A stretch of DNA of 64,000 bases from IMG/VR virus record IMGVR_UViG_2711768086_000002. One strand, 5' to 3'. Source of the DNA: an uncultured virus (IMG/VR IMGVR_UViG_2711768086_000002) (taxonomy: Duplodnaviria; Heunggongvirae; Uroviricota; Caudoviricetes). The position numbers and the translations under genes were made by a program. Of this stretch, positions 1 through 9,470 are shown in pieces (position 1 is the first letter of the stretch; each line of letters begins with the position of its first letter). A model generated the notes under the pieces. It saw nothing but the letters and a program-made list of their open reading frames with translations, did not search any database and was not told the DNA's origin.

Positions 1-1050
1 CTATGCGGCGATCGGCTCCGGCCGCAGCAGCCCGCGAATCGCTGCGTGCATCTTCGCTATGCGGAGGTACTGGTCGCGGTGCTCGATCACCTCAGCGCGG
101 CGCTTGGCCGCCCGGCGGGGGCCGTCGCCCTCGGTCAAGGTGTTGCCGCACCAGACCAGGACGTTCGGCCCGAGGCCCCACACGATGGCGTTGACGGCGC
201 AGAGCGAGGCGGCGATCGGGTCGACGTCGGTCATGGACCAGAGGAAGTCGGCGGGGTCGCGGCCGGCGTCCCGGAGCGTCTGGGCGGCTGCTCGGTGTAG
301 ACCGCCGGAGCCTGCGGCCGGGTCGTCGAATGAGTGGCCGGGCTCAAAGCCGATTCCGTCGAGGAGCATGCGGGCCATGAGGTCGGCCATGTCCGGCGGC
401 GTGTGGATTTCGGCGAGGTCCTCACGCTGTGACGGAGAGCGGAAGGCGGTCAGCAGGAATCCGAGCACGTCGGTGCTGGAACGGAGGTACGGGTGGTCGT
501 CACCGAGCAGGTCGAGCAGTCCAGCATTGAGGGCCGCGTGGACGACCGCCCTGACCGGGGCGGCGAAGTCGGCGCGGGTGCTCTCGTCCGTCAGCCAGTC
601 GTGGATGGGGCGTGCGCATTCGATCAGGTCGGGCCGGACGACCCACCAACGGGCGAAGCACTCCTCGAGCGCCTTGAGAATGTCGGTTGCACTGAGAGTG
701 CGCCACCAATCGGCGACGTAGGGGGCAATGGTCCGCCCCTTCGCGGGCCACAGCGCAAGGCCGGCGACGGCTCCGATGGCGATCTCGAACCGGTTGGTGC
801 CGCCGTTCCTCCACCAGGCGGAGGTGACGGCTTCGGCCAGGTGCAAGGCTGCGGTGTGCGGGTCGGCCGGGCGCCGGATGTAGCGGCGCCGCGCCGGGGT
901 GGTGACGGCTGCGACCGCTCGGTTGGCGTGCGCCAGGTCGGCGGCGGCCGCCATCGCGGCTTCACGTGTGACCCTCGGCGGTGTCGCGCGCTTGCGGATG
1001 TTCAGTGATGGCCGGTTCTCCGGCGGCTGGTTGAAAAGGTCGAACTGCAT
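1..1050 (-). CDS. N6-DNA methylase-like (HsdM-type) protein, ends before an NPPF/Y motif
   Basis: EIHTPPDMADLMARML and FDDPAAGSGGL motifs; start MQFDLF at 1050 overlaps the upstream stop. Confidence 0.7.
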   Translation of the reverse strand: MQFDLFNQPPENRPSLNIRKRATPPRVTREAAMAAAADLAHANRAVAAVTTPARRRYIRRPADPHTAALHLAEAVTSAWWRNGGTNRFEIAIGAVAGLALWPAKGRTIAPYVADWWRTLSATDILKALEECFARWWVVRPDLIECARPIHDWLTDESTRADFAAPVRAVVHAALNAGLLDLLGDDHPYLRSSTDVLGFLLTAFRSPSQREDLAEIHTPPDMADLMARMLLDGIGFEPGHSFDDPAAGSGGLHRAAAQTLRDAGRDPADFLWSMTDVDPIAASLCAVNAIVWGLGPNVLVWCGNTLTEGDGPRRAAKRRAEVIEHRDQYLRIAKMHAAIRGLLRPEPIAA

Positions 1051-1673
1051 CAGTTCTCTCCCCCCTGGTCTCCGGCCCCGAGGATTGTGCGGGCGGCGAG
1101 GAGCGCGCTTGTCAGGGTCGGAGACTCGACGGTCACGTCGAAGAGGTTGTGGGCCCACATGTCCGCTTCGAGGTCGGGCGGCTCCTCGTCGGTCGGTAGG
1201 ACTGCGAGCAGGAGCAGCGGGGTGGCGGTGCGGTCGCGGTAGACGACGCGCCAGGTGCGGAGAGGGCCCGCGCTGGCGTCGGCCGGCTCCGGGGTCCAGG
1301 CGTAGTCCGCGTGGTGGACGTAGCGATTGCGGTCCGAGCGGAGGACGGCGAGGTGGGTGTGGTTGATGATGTAGATCCACGGGTGCAGTGCAGGGGTGGC
1401 GCTCTGGTGGGTGATCGTCTCGGCGGGCATTCCGATCGCGTGGCACAGGCACTCGCCCTGATCTCCGTTGGCGGAGGGAATGGTGAGCCAGCCGCCGGGG
1501 TGGTCGTCGATCAGGCTGTCGGCGACTGCGCGTGCGTCGCCCTGGTGGACGGTACGGACGAGGTGCATGAGGTCGGGGATCCGCAGGACGGGAAGCCCGT
1601 CGTAGTGGACATGGCGGCCGGTGAAGCCGTCCGGTGTTGATCGGGCGATGACCGACCGAATGGGGAGGTCCAT
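1050..1673 (-). CDS. Hypothetical phage protein
   Basis: ATG at 1673 with GGAG RBS (MDLPIRSVIARS...HYDGLP); coupled to the downstream gene. Confidence 0.65.
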   Translation of the reverse strand: MDLPIRSVIARSTPDGFTGRHVHYDGLPVLRIPDLMHLVRTVHQGDARAVADSLIDDHPGGWLTIPSANGDQGECLCHAIGMPAETITHQSATPALHPWIYIINHTHLAVLRSDRNRYVHHADYAWTPEPADASAGPLRTWRVVYRDRTATPLLLLAVLPTDEEPPDLEADMWAHNLFDVTVESPTLTSALLAARTILGAGDQGGEN

Positions 1674-1728
1674 TGGTGCTCCTGTGGGATGGCGGGCCTG
1701 GTCGCCGGGTGACGACCGGGCGGGATGG

Positions 1729-2043
1729 TCAGGAGTAGTGGCGGTTGATGTGGCGGGTGATCTCGTCGGCGACGGTGCGCAGGTGGCGGCGTTCGCCGCG
1801 GTGGAGGAGCGCGTGCTTGAGGGCGAGGGGATAGCAGGCGTGCATGACGAGGTCGGTGTACTGGGTGAGGGTGAGGGTGTTGAGTTCGGCGGGGCGCAGG
1901 GCCCAGGCCGTGATGGTGGCGCTGTTGACGAGGCGTTCGGCGCGGTCTCGGGGGGTGGTGCTGTAGGGGTGGCTGATGAGGAGGTCCGCGAGGGCTCGGT
2001 GGTGGTGGCCCGGGATGGGGCGGTTGAGCGTTGCCTGCTGCAC
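1729..2043 (-). CDS. Hypothetical phage protein
   Basis: GTG start after AAAGGA RBS, downstream of a conserved promoter motif. Confidence 0.6.
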   Translation of the reverse strand: MQQATLNRPIPGHHHRALADLLISHPYSTTPRDRAERLVNSATITAWALRPAELNTLTLTQYTDLVMHACYPLALKHALLHRGERRHLRTVADEITRHINRHYS

Positions 2044-2072
2044 GGTCTGTCCTTTCGGTGAACCCTCATCCT

Positions 2073-2094
2073 TATGCCTTAATTCTATATGCAT
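2073..2094 (-). promoter_or_regulatory. Conserved phage promoter/operator motif, copy 1
   Basis: ATGCATATAGAATTAAGGCATA on minus; TGGACC-17nt-TAGAAT. Confidence 0.75.
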
Positions 2095-2159
2095 TCAGGG
2101 GGTGGGTCCACCTTCTTTTTTGGTGTTTCCGCAGGTCAGGAGACCTGGGGCCTGATGGT

Positions 2160-2288
2160 TCAGAGTCCGCTGGTTGAGTACTGGTGGTTGATGACGCAGT
2201 CCTCGCAGCAGAGGTCGTCGCCGATGTAGTCGGCGCCTTCTCCGGGTTCGATGGGCATTGAGCACCGCGAGCAGGTGAGCGTCGTCAT
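2160..2288 (-). CDS. Small Cys-rich (zinc-finger-like) protein
   Basis: CSRC...CEDC; ATGA overlap with the upstream gene. Confidence 0.5.
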   Translation of the reverse strand: MTTLTCSRCSMPIEPGEGADYIGDDLCCEDCVINHQYSTSGL

Positions 2289-2779
2289 GGCGGTGAGCAT
2301 CTGGACCAATCGGGGCCGGGGCGGCGGGCGCTGGCCAGGCGCCACTGGTGTTCGTAGTGCTGCTGGTAGGGGTGCAGAACGGTCATGGTTGCCCGGGTTT
2401 CGCTGAGCAGGCCCATGGTGAACAGTTCCTCGGCGATGACCCGGGCCATGTCTTCGCGCGCCCTGCCGTCCGGGACATGGACGGCGGTTCCGTATCGGGG
2501 ATCGGCTCGCCAGGTGGTCCAGTCCTCGGCCGGGCAGTCGGCTGCCCAGGTGCAGCGGATCCGCACGGTGTCCTCGAAGAGGTCGGCCGTGCGCTCGACC
2601 CTCCAGTCCCTGGGGCTGACGTTTGCGGGGCCGCCCTCCTCCCCTGTCGAGGGGAGGCAGGAGTTGGCGTCGGAGAGGTAGTAGGACAGGTCTCGCGCCG
2701 CGGTCGCCTCGTCACCGCCGTAGGCGTCGGTCCAGCGGGCCGTGTCGACTGCGAAGCGCGTCCGGATCAGGACGATCAC
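2285..2779 (-). CDS. Hypothetical phage protein
   Basis: GTGA overlap with the upstream stop; protein-like composition. Confidence 0.55.
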   Translation of the reverse strand: MIVLIRTRFAVDTARWTDAYGGDEATAARDLSYYLSDANSCLPSTGEEGGPANVSPRDWRVERTADLFEDTVRIRCTWAADCPAEDWTTWRADPRYGTAVHVPDGRAREDMARVIAEELFTMGLLSETRATMTVLHPYQQHYEHQWRLASARRPGPDWSRCSPP

Positions 2780-3177
2780 GTCGAACGGTCCGCCGGGTTC
2801 AGGCCGAGGCTGGCGCACAGGCCCGGCGCTGCGGTGTACATCGCCGCCGCCAGATCCTCGGGCAGGCCGGTCGGCAACCCGTCCAGGTCTGACGGACCGA
2901 GGAAGGCCACCGGTCCGTGCAGGTCGTACGGGATGGCCTCGTGGAGCATGACCAGCAGGAGCAGGGCTGCCACGTCGTTGATCTCCAGGCCGTCGGAGCC
3001 GTCGGAGCGCATGGCGAGGCTCAGGGTCCGGCGGCCGCACAGCCGGTGGTTGACGTACTCGACGGATCCTCCGACCTCGCTCTCCAGATAGGCGGTCCAC
3101 CGGGTGCGGCTGGCGGGGAGGTTGAGGATGGTGGTGGTGCCGTCGGGGTTGACTCGTAGGCCGAGCTTGCGGGTCAT
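2776..3177 (-). CDS. Hypothetical phage protein (possibly DUF3846-like)
   Basis: VGGSVEYV...LHGPVAFLG pattern. Confidence 0.55.
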   Translation of the reverse strand: MTRKLGLRVNPDGTTTILNLPASRTRWTAYLESEVGGSVEYVNHRLCGRRTLSLAMRSDGSDGLEINDVAALLLLVMLHEAIPYDLHGPVAFLGPSDLDGLPTGLPEDLAAAMYTAAPGLCASLGLNPADRST

Positions 3178-3396
3178 GTCGGTTCCGTTCTGGATGGGTC
3201 GGTCGGGTTGGAGGTCCGGCGGCCAGCCAGCTTTCGGCCGACCGCCGGGGGTTGGGTTCAGCTCACCTCGGCGTAGTGCTTGGTCCGAACCCCGAGGAAG
3301 TCGCCGAACTGAGCCCGGCGTCGGGCCGAAGCCCGGCGTCGCCGAAGGCGGCCCGCGCGGTGTTTTGTGGCAGTCCTCCGGCAGAGTTTTGGCAGG

Positions 3397-4005
3397 TCAG
3401 GCTGCCTGCGTTGGCCCCGGGGCGATGGCGGGCCACGCCACCCCGTCCAAGGCCCGCCGGTGCATGGGCGGCACCTCCACCACCGGGCAGCCGAGCCAGT
3501 CCCGGCCCATGTGGGCCATCACCCCGGCATCGGCCATGTCGTACCGGCCGGCGCCCTCGCACTCAAGGCCGAAGCGGGTGGCCAGCGCGTCGCGCACCAT
3601 GCCCTTGGCGACCCTGGAACGCTGCTTGGCCGGGTAGTCCTTCGCCGGATTCGCCCGCCCGCAGGCGTAGATGATCCGGTTCACCGGTGGCACGACCGCG
3701 TACGGAATGCCCCGGCGCCACAGCGACTGCGTGACGTGCCACCACAGGCCGGCCAGCTCGTGGTGCCCGGCCTGGCCACCGTGCCGGTGCGCAGGTCCTT
3801 CGACCATGACCAGGTCGGCGGCACGTGTCCTTTCGGTGATCTCCCGCAGGTGCCAGTCGATGCGCTGGTGGCCGCGCAGGCCGGTCTTCGGCCGGAGGGC
3901 ACTGGCCCAGTCGACGCCGGCTATGCCGGTGGAGGTGAGGGATAGGTCGAGGCCGATGACCAGGGGGATGGGGCCCCGGAGTGCGGCTGTCGTACTGGTG
4001 TCCAC
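3397..4005 (-). CDS. RuvC-like Holliday junction resolvase
   Basis: VIGLDLSLTSTGIA, VMVEG and DMADA acidic motifs. Confidence 0.8.
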   Translation of the reverse strand: MDTSTTAALRGPIPLVIGLDLSLTSTGIAGVDWASALRPKTGLRGHQRIDWHLREITERTRAADLVMVEGPAHRHGGQAGHHELAGLWWHVTQSLWRRGIPYAVVPPVNRIIYACGRANPAKDYPAKQRSRVAKGMVRDALATRFGLECEGAGRYDMADAGVMAHMGRDWLGCPVVEVPPMHRRALDGVAWPAIAPGPTQAA

Positions 4006-4093
4006 GAGTGTTCCTTCTGTGTGTGCTGGCCCGTGCCGTTGGTCCGGCGCGGGTGCAGCGGTCGGCCCCATCCCGACCGCTGCGCGGGTGTCT

Positions 4094-4633
4094 TCAGGCG
4101 CTGGGTGCTGCGGCCGGGCATCGGTCGCAGGCGACGACGAGCGTGCGCAGCGCCACCGGCCGGTGGTCGATCGTGACGGCGGTGTCGTTCACGACCAGGC
4201 GGGCGGCGACGTGGTCAGTGCCGAGATGCGGGCACTGTTCGGCCACGGCGGAGATGGCCATCACGAGCGTGCGGAACAGCCACCAGCTGGCGTGCACTTG
4301 CTCGCGGCTGGTGCGCGCCTCGCGGTCGGCCTTCGGGCACACCCACTGGACGCTGTGCGTGACGACGCCGGGACGGTCCCCTTGGCGGGCCGCTCTGCGG
4401 GAGAGCATCCGGCGCAGCCGCTGCGCGTCCGTCGGGCTGGTCCAGGCGTGCGATCCGGCGGCCTCGGTCCACTGGCGTGCATGCCCGCGTTCCGGAAGGT
4501 GGCAGTGTGCACAGGAGTTGGGCTCCGCGAGCAGCGGCCCGCGGCTCTGAACGGGCATTCGCTGGCCGGGGTCGGGCTTCGGCCATGGGTAGTGCATGGG
4601 CTCTGGTCTCCTTGGTGGCGTCGTGCTGGTCAT
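4094..4633 (-). CDS. Hypothetical Cys-rich phage protein
   Basis: CAHC and CDRC motifs; ATGA overlap. Confidence 0.5.
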   Translation of the reverse strand: MTSTTPPRRPEPMHYPWPKPDPGQRMPVQSRGPLLAEPNSCAHCHLPERGHARQWTEAAGSHAWTSPTDAQRLRRMLSRRAARQGDRPGVVTHSVQWVCPKADREARTSREQVHASWWLFRTLVMAISAVAEQCPHLGTDHVAARLVVNDTAVTIDHRPVALRTLVVACDRCPAAAPSA

Positions 4634-5052
4634 GCGTCGGCCAGCTCCAGCTGGACGGGTTCGGTGTTCGCCTCGATGAGTGCGCGGCAGTCGTCGCAGT
4701 ACCGCTCACCGCGGGTGTAGTGCTCGTCAATGCCGCGCGAAGTGCCGCAGATGTCACGGGGTTTCAGCGGCGGCGGCAGCTCGCGGTCGTCGGCTCCATC
4801 GACGGTGGCGATGACGTCCCCGGCGAACCAGATCCGGCCGCCGGCTACGCCGTCGAACTTCGAGGGCCTGGGGCGCACCTGGTAGATGCAGCGGGCACGG
4901 ACCGGGCAGGGCCCGCAGGTGGGCAGCAGGTCCAGGCACAGCTTCAGGAGGCTGGTGCGGTCCGAGTACCGGCGTTCGCTCGGCGCGAAGGCGAGGTTCC
5001 GGTAGCAGGCGGGCATGAAGACTTCGGTGACGGGCAGCGCGGAGTAGGCCAT
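4630..5052 (-). CDS. WhiB-like transcription factor
   Basis: C...CGPCPVRARC and GVAGG motifs. Confidence 0.7.
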   Translation of the reverse strand: MAYSALPVTEVFMPACYRNLAFAPSERRYSDRTSLLKLCLDLLPTCGPCPVRARCIYQVRPRPSKFDGVAGGRIWFAGDVIATVDGADDRELPPPLKPRDICGTSRGIDEHYTRGERYCDDCRALIEANTEPVQLELADA

Positions 5053-5070
5053 GGATCGGGTCCTTTCGGG

Positions 5071-5099
5071 GCCCGCCCCGCCAGTGCGGCGGGGCGGGC
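5071..5099. terminator. GC-rich intergenic hairpin
   Basis: Perfect 12-bp stem GCCCGCCCCGCC/GGCGGGGCGGGC. Confidence 0.5.
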
Positions 5100-5106
5100 G
5101 GGGATG

Positions 5107-5379
5107 TCAGCGGCGCGAGCGGCGGTCGAGCGGGTGGCGGCGCTCGGCCAGTCGGCGGGGTAGCGGCATCAGCCGGATCTGCCACTCCGGGTTCCAGCAG
5201 CCGCACGGTGTCCAGGCGTCCCAGTGGTAGCCGCCGAGCCATCCGCCGTCGCCATGGCACTGCGGGCAGTACTGGTCCGGGCTGTCGGTGACGATGAACA
5301 CGGGCTTCGGCTCGTCCAGGACGATGATGCGCAGCCGCCGAATGAGCGGAGTCCGGCGGGGAATTCGGGGAAAGGTCAT
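5107..5379 (-). CDS. Hypothetical protein with CxxC motif
   Basis: CPQCHGDGG...PCGC; ATGA overlap. Confidence 0.55.
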   Translation of the reverse strand: MTFPRIPRRTPLIRRLRIIVLDEPKPVFIVTDSPDQYCPQCHGDGGWLGGYHWDAWTPCGCWNPEWQIRLMPLPRRLAERRHPLDRRSRR

Positions 5380-6884
5380 CCCAGTGCCGCCTGGATCTGT
5401 CGGCCGATCCAGTGGGCGGCGTTGACGGAGACCGCATTGCCGCCCAGCATCGTCTGCTCGGCCTCCGTGCCGTAGCGGATGTAGCTGGCGGGGAACCTCT
5501 GGGCCGCGAATTGCTCGCCAGGGGACAGCATCCTGAACCGGCAGTCCTCAATCCTGGGTGCCGACTGGACGAGCGCGGCGGATGCCTTGGTGCTGAGCGT
5601 GTGGAAGGGGTGTCCAGCGGTCTTTGCTGCTGCCTTGCGGTAGGGGATGACAAGGGTGTTGCTGTGCGGCTCGTCGGTTCGCCCGCCTGGGACGACGAGG
5701 GCATGGTGCCTGCCCTGGGCGGTCACGGCGGAGAGCGGGTTGCTGACGGGGCTGGCCGTCGCGTGGTTGCGGTACTCCACGATGTAGGGCTCCGGCAGGG
5801 CGACCAGGGCCTCGCTCTCGCGAGTGGTCCGTGCTCGGAACGGGGCATCGCTGCGGGCGCTGGTGTTGTTCCAGCTGCCGCCGGCAGGGACGAGGAGCCC
5901 CTCACCCTGCTTGGTGCTTCGAGCGGGCAGAGGGCGGGCTGCGGGGTCGAAGGCGCGGGCGGTTCCGTCCTTGCCATGGGTGAGGGTGAGGCCGCTCGGC
6001 TGGTGGGGGTACAGCTCCAGACCGGCCTGGATGCGCGCCATCGTGGTCGCGGCCAACGGCTTCTTCCGGTCGCCGATCCGCGTGCCAAGGTTCGTCCAGT
6101 CGATCGCGGTGGCGGCCGGGCGGACGTACGGCTCCACTATGGCGTGGCGGCACCGCGAGTTGGGGCAGCGGTAGTCGTACTGGACGCCGTACTTGCCGAT
6201 GGTGGCCTTCGGGTTGCGCCAGCTCTGGAACGCGTGAACGTCCTCACCGCAGTCGAAGCACCACGCCTTCGGACGTGGTGTCAGATCGACACGGCGGGCA
6301 CCCTTTGGCGTAAATACGATGTACAGCCGATCTCGCCATTGTGGGGCGGGTTCGTTGCGCTCGTCACCGATGTGCGCCGAGCTCACCGAGGTGATCTGGT
6401 GCTGGTAGCCCAGCTCCTCCATCGCTGCGAGCCATGCCCGGAACAGCTGCCAGTCCGTGGCGAACTCGATGACGTTCTCGATCGCGATGGCCTTGAACCG
6501 GCGGGCTTCTGCAGCCCTGACGACGCACCACGCGGTGGCGCGGGTGCGCTCGAATGCTTCCTTGGGCAAGGTCTTGAACCCGTCCTCGTTCTCGTCGAAC
6601 AGGGACATCTGGTCATCGGGCTCGCTCTGGCGGCGACGGCCGCCAGCGGGGCTGATCTCCGTGCAGATGATCGATGCCCAGAGGAGGTCGGCCTTCGGCA
6701 GGTAGCGCATCCGCATGTCGGATACGTCGGTGAGCAGGTGGTCGGCCTTCGGGTGGTTCGCCGCGTGGGTGGCGAGGGCGACGCTCCAGTGGTTCACGCC
6801 GAGCAACAACTCGATGCCGGACTCAACGAGGCCGGTGGAGCTTCCTCCTCCACCGCAGAGGAAGTCGATGGCGGTCAGGGACAT
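5376..6884 (-). CDS. C5-cytosine DNA methyltransferase
   Basis: Motif I FLCGGGG, motif IV variant SIIC, ENV, QWRDRLY, C-terminal GNAVS. Confidence 0.9.
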   Translation of the reverse strand: MSLTAIDFLCGGGGSSTGLVESGIELLLGVNHWSVALATHAANHPKADHLLTDVSDMRMRYLPKADLLWASIICTEISPAGGRRRQSEPDDQMSLFDENEDGFKTLPKEAFERTRATAWCVVRAAEARRFKAIAIENVIEFATDWQLFRAWLAAMEELGYQHQITSVSSAHIGDERNEPAPQWRDRLYIVFTPKGARRVDLTPRPKAWCFDCGEDVHAFQSWRNPKATIGKYGVQYDYRCPNSRCRHAIVEPYVRPAATAIDWTNLGTRIGDRKKPLAATTMARIQAGLELYPHQPSGLTLTHGKDGTARAFDPAARPLPARSTKQGEGLLVPAGGSWNNTSARSDAPFRARTTRESEALVALPEPYIVEYRNHATASPVSNPLSAVTAQGRHHALVVPGGRTDEPHSNTLVIPYRKAAAKTAGHPFHTLSTKASAALVQSAPRIEDCRFRMLSPGEQFAAQRFPASYIRYGTEAEQTMLGGNAVSVNAAHWIGRQIQAALG

Positions 6885-6944
6885 GGTGATCTCTCTCCAA
6901 GAGGTCGGGGGTGCCCGGCCCGCGTGGCGGGCCGGGCGGGTGTT

Positions 6945-7064
6945 TCAGCGGTGGCGGCCGCGTCGGCGGCTTCGGCGCTCGGTGCGGAAGTCCTCGACGG
7001 CCGCGGCCGTCCAAGCGAGTGCGCCAAGCACGGCCAGGCCGAGTAAGGCGAGGTCGACGGTCAC
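6945..7064 (-). CDS. Small membrane protein
   Basis: VTVDLALLGLAVLGALAWTAAAVEDFR, hydrophobic segment with basic tail; GTGA overlap; too short for the ORF track. Confidence 0.45.
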   Translation of the reverse strand: MTVDLALLGLAVLGALAWTAAAVEDFRTERRSRRRGRHR

Positions 7065-7252
7065 GGCCGCCCCGCGTTCGCCGGGCAGGTCCCGGCGCCG
7101 GTGAGGCGGGCCAGGTTGATCAGCAGGCCGCCTGAGTCGTTGATGCGGCGTGCCTCGGTGATGGCGTTCACGATCTCCGCGCGCTCGGCGTCGGTGGTCG
7201 GGTGGGCGACCAGACAGTGGCAGCGGCGGGCCTGGGTCTCGGGTTCAGCCAC
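7061..7252 (-). CDS. Small hypothetical protein
   Basis: Coupled overlaps on both sides. Confidence 0.5.
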   Translation of the reverse strand: MAEPETQARRCHCLVAHPTTDAERAEIVNAITEARRINDSGGLLINLARLTGAGTCPANAGRP

Positions 7253-7907
7253 GGTCGATGTCCGTGCTGGTTGCGAACTCGGTGGCCGTAACCCCGAGGT
7301 GCAGCATTGCGTCGCCGCGCATCCACAGGCTCCTGGGCCAGTCGCGGCTGGGGTGGGCGTAGATCCGGTGCCAGCCGTCCTCGTACAGGCCCTGGTGGTC
7401 CACCTCGTAGGACCCCGCGGCGTACTGGCGCTCGACGTAGGGGCGCAGCACCGGCGTCCGGGGTGTTCCGTCGGCGGTGAGGTGCTGGGTCTTTAGCGCG
7501 ACCGGCTGGAAGGTGGCGCGCCAGGGTTCCGTCAGGCCGCGGCGGAGCAGATAGGCGTCGATCGCGGCGAAGAGCGGGGAGCGGAGCTGGCGGTTGAGGA
7601 GGTCGGAGCCGGCCATCGTGGAGTCGTAGATGAGGTCGGAGATGGTCGGGTTGTCGTCGTGGTGGCGGCAGACGTGCCAGCCCTTCACGTCGTGGGGGTT
7701 GCTGGGCAGTCCCTCGTCGCTGGCGATGGCCAGGTGGCTGCCGTCGGGCAGGTCGGCGTGGATGTAGTACGCGCCGCCGCCGAGCTCGAAGTCGGTGACG
7801 AAGCCGCGTTCGCGCAGGGGCCGGATGATGTGGCCGTAGTTCTCGAACAGGCGGGTCCAGTCCGGGTCGGTGACGCGGCGGTGGTCGGGCAGGGGTGCGA
7901 GGCGCAC
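7245..7907 (-). CDS. Hypothetical phage protein
   Basis: GTG at 7907 just after the ACCTCTTGGAG RBS motif. Confidence 0.6.
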   Translation of the reverse strand: MRLAPLPDHRRVTDPDWTRLFENYGHIIRPLRERGFVTDFELGGGAYYIHADLPDGSHLAIASDEGLPSNPHDVKGWHVCRHHDDNPTISDLIYDSTMAGSDLLNRQLRSPLFAAIDAYLLRRGLTEPWRATFQPVALKTQHLTADGTPRTPVLRPYVERQYAAGSYEVDHQGLYEDGWHRIYAHPSRDWPRSLWMRGDAMLHLGVTATEFATSTDIDRG

Positions 7908-7999
7908 GGTGGTCTCCAAGAGGTTGATTCTCTGCAACTTGCGTTAGGTTGTCGCCTACTTTTGGGCCGGGCGGATCGGCTCCGCCCGGCCCGGCGGGG

Positions 8000-8389
8000 C
8001 TATGCGGCCTGGCGGATGCTGGCGGCGAGTCGGTCGGCGTAGGCGGTGGCGGTCTCGGCGATCCGGCGGGCTTCGATGGCGATCTGCCGGGCCTGCTGGA
8101 TGGCGTAGACGCCATTGCGGCTGTCGAGCGGCCCGGCGCCGTGGCCGAGCGATTCGATGAGGCGGGTGGCCTTGTCGTCGAGGGCGTGTTCGGCGTGTCC
8201 GAGGCCGTCGAGCTCGCGCTCAGCTCGGGCCCGGTCGCGCAGGTCGGCGATCTCGCCGAGGGCCTCACCTACGGCCTCGTCCTCGTTGAGCTGCTCGGCG
8301 AGGTCGAGGAGCAGGGGCGCGAGCTGGCCGGTGTGGTCGAGCGTCAGGGCTCCGTCCGAGTTGATTCCGAGCGTTGGCAGGTAGGTCAT
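8000..8389 (-). CDS. Hypothetical helical protein
   Basis: GGAGG RBS; downstream of a conserved promoter motif. Confidence 0.65.
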   Translation of the reverse strand: MTYLPTLGINSDGALTLDHTGQLAPLLLDLAEQLNEDEAVGEALGEIADLRDRARAERELDGLGHAEHALDDKATRLIESLGHGAGPLDSRNGVYAIQQARQIAIEARRIAETATAYADRLAASIRQAA

Positions 8390-8426
8390 GCGCTTCCTCC
8401 GATCCTCCGAGCGAGACCCTCTCGCT

Positions 8427-8448
8427 TATGTCTTAATTCTATACGCTC
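8427..8448 (-). promoter_or_regulatory. Conserved phage promoter/operator motif, copy 2
   Basis: GAGCGTATAGAATTAAGACATA; TGGATC-17nt-TAGAAT. Confidence 0.7.
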
Positions 8449-8494
8449 ATGATCATCCGATCCACCTCTCCGTGGAACGTCATAAAGTTGTTAC

Positions 8495-9418
8495 CTACTT
8501 TCGCAGCCTGCTTCGGGCCTCTGCGATCACCGCACGCGCCTCCTGCTGAGCCGCCTGGAGTGTCTGAGCGCCCTTCTGCGCCTGGTTGCGCCGTGCCTCC
8601 GCCTCCGTGTGCCAGTCCTCCCAGAACTGCCCCTCCTGCGCCCGTACAGCCTCCTTCCGCGCGGCGTCCTGCTTCGCGCGCTGAGCCCTCGGGCTGGTGC
8701 CGCACGCCCGGCAGTTCCTCGCAGGCTTCCGGTGCGCCGGGCATCCCTCCGGCTGCACGCCGGGCGACGGATCGTCCTCTCCAGCTGCGGGAGCGGGCTC
8801 CCCTGTGGCGCCAGCCACGGGGGTAGGGGGGAAAGGAAAGGAGGAGGTAGGAGAAGGAAAGGAAGGGGTTCCCCCGGGGGAACCTGCTGGGTTCCCCGGC
8901 GGGAACCTGTTGGGTTCCCCTGCGGGAACCTGTTCTTCGCCTGGCACTGGGTTCCCCTGGGGGAACCCATCTGACGCAGGGGCTGCCTCGGTCGGCGTGT
9001 CCTTCTCCATCAGATCCAGGTAGGTGCGCGCGGCCTTCGACGGTGCGGCCCGTTTCACTCCCTTGCGTGCGAGGTTCGGGTTCTTCGGCGCCTTGTTCGC
9101 CTCCAGCCGCTGCGCCCTCAGATCGTTGGCCTTCGGCATCTCCGGCACCGCCAGGGGGAAGACCCGGTACACCGCAGCCCTGCCCGGACGCCCGACCTCG
9201 ACCCGCTCCACCAGACCCTTGGCAACCAGCTCGGTGATGATCGTCGTGCACCGCTTCTCGCCGACGCCCACCCACGCGACCATCCGGTTCATGCCAGGTC
9301 GCGACAGGCGGGTCTCGTCGTCGGCGGAGTCAGCGAGCTTCTGCATCATGAGCTTCTGCGTTGGGTTGACCATGTCCTTCGGCAGGTAACTGGCCAGGAT
9401 CATCAGGTGGATGGACAC
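8495..9418 (-). CDS. Phage replication initiator-like protein (N-terminal winged HTH)
   Basis: KLMMQKLADSADD...SRPG...ITELVAKGLV HTH-like N-terminus; internal iteron repeats; C-terminal CRAC. Confidence 0.7.
   Translation of the reverse strand: MSIHLMILASYLPKDMVNPTQKLMMQKLADSADDETRLSRPGMNRMVAWVGVGEKRCTTIITELVAKGLVERVEVGRPGRAAVYRVFPLAVPEMPKANDLRAQRLEANKAPKNPNLARKGVKRAAPSKAARTYLDLMEKDTPTEAAPASDGFPQGNPVPGEEQVPAGEPNRFPPGNPAGSPGGTPSFPSPTSSFPFPPTPVAGATGEPAPAAGEDDPSPGVQPEGCPAHRKPARNCRACGTSPRAQRAKQDAARKEAVRAQEGQFWEDWHTEAEARRNQAQKGAQTLQAAQQEARAVIAEARSRLRK
8867..8967. repeat. Four 18-bp palindromic iteron-like repeats (candidate phage ori)
   Basis: GGTTCCCCnGnGGGAACC at 8867, 8890, 8913 and 8950. Confidence 0.75.
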
Positions 9419-9470
9419 TGCGGATTCCCCTCGGTGGTGCTCGGACGTGCGCTACGGACCGGGTAGGGGC

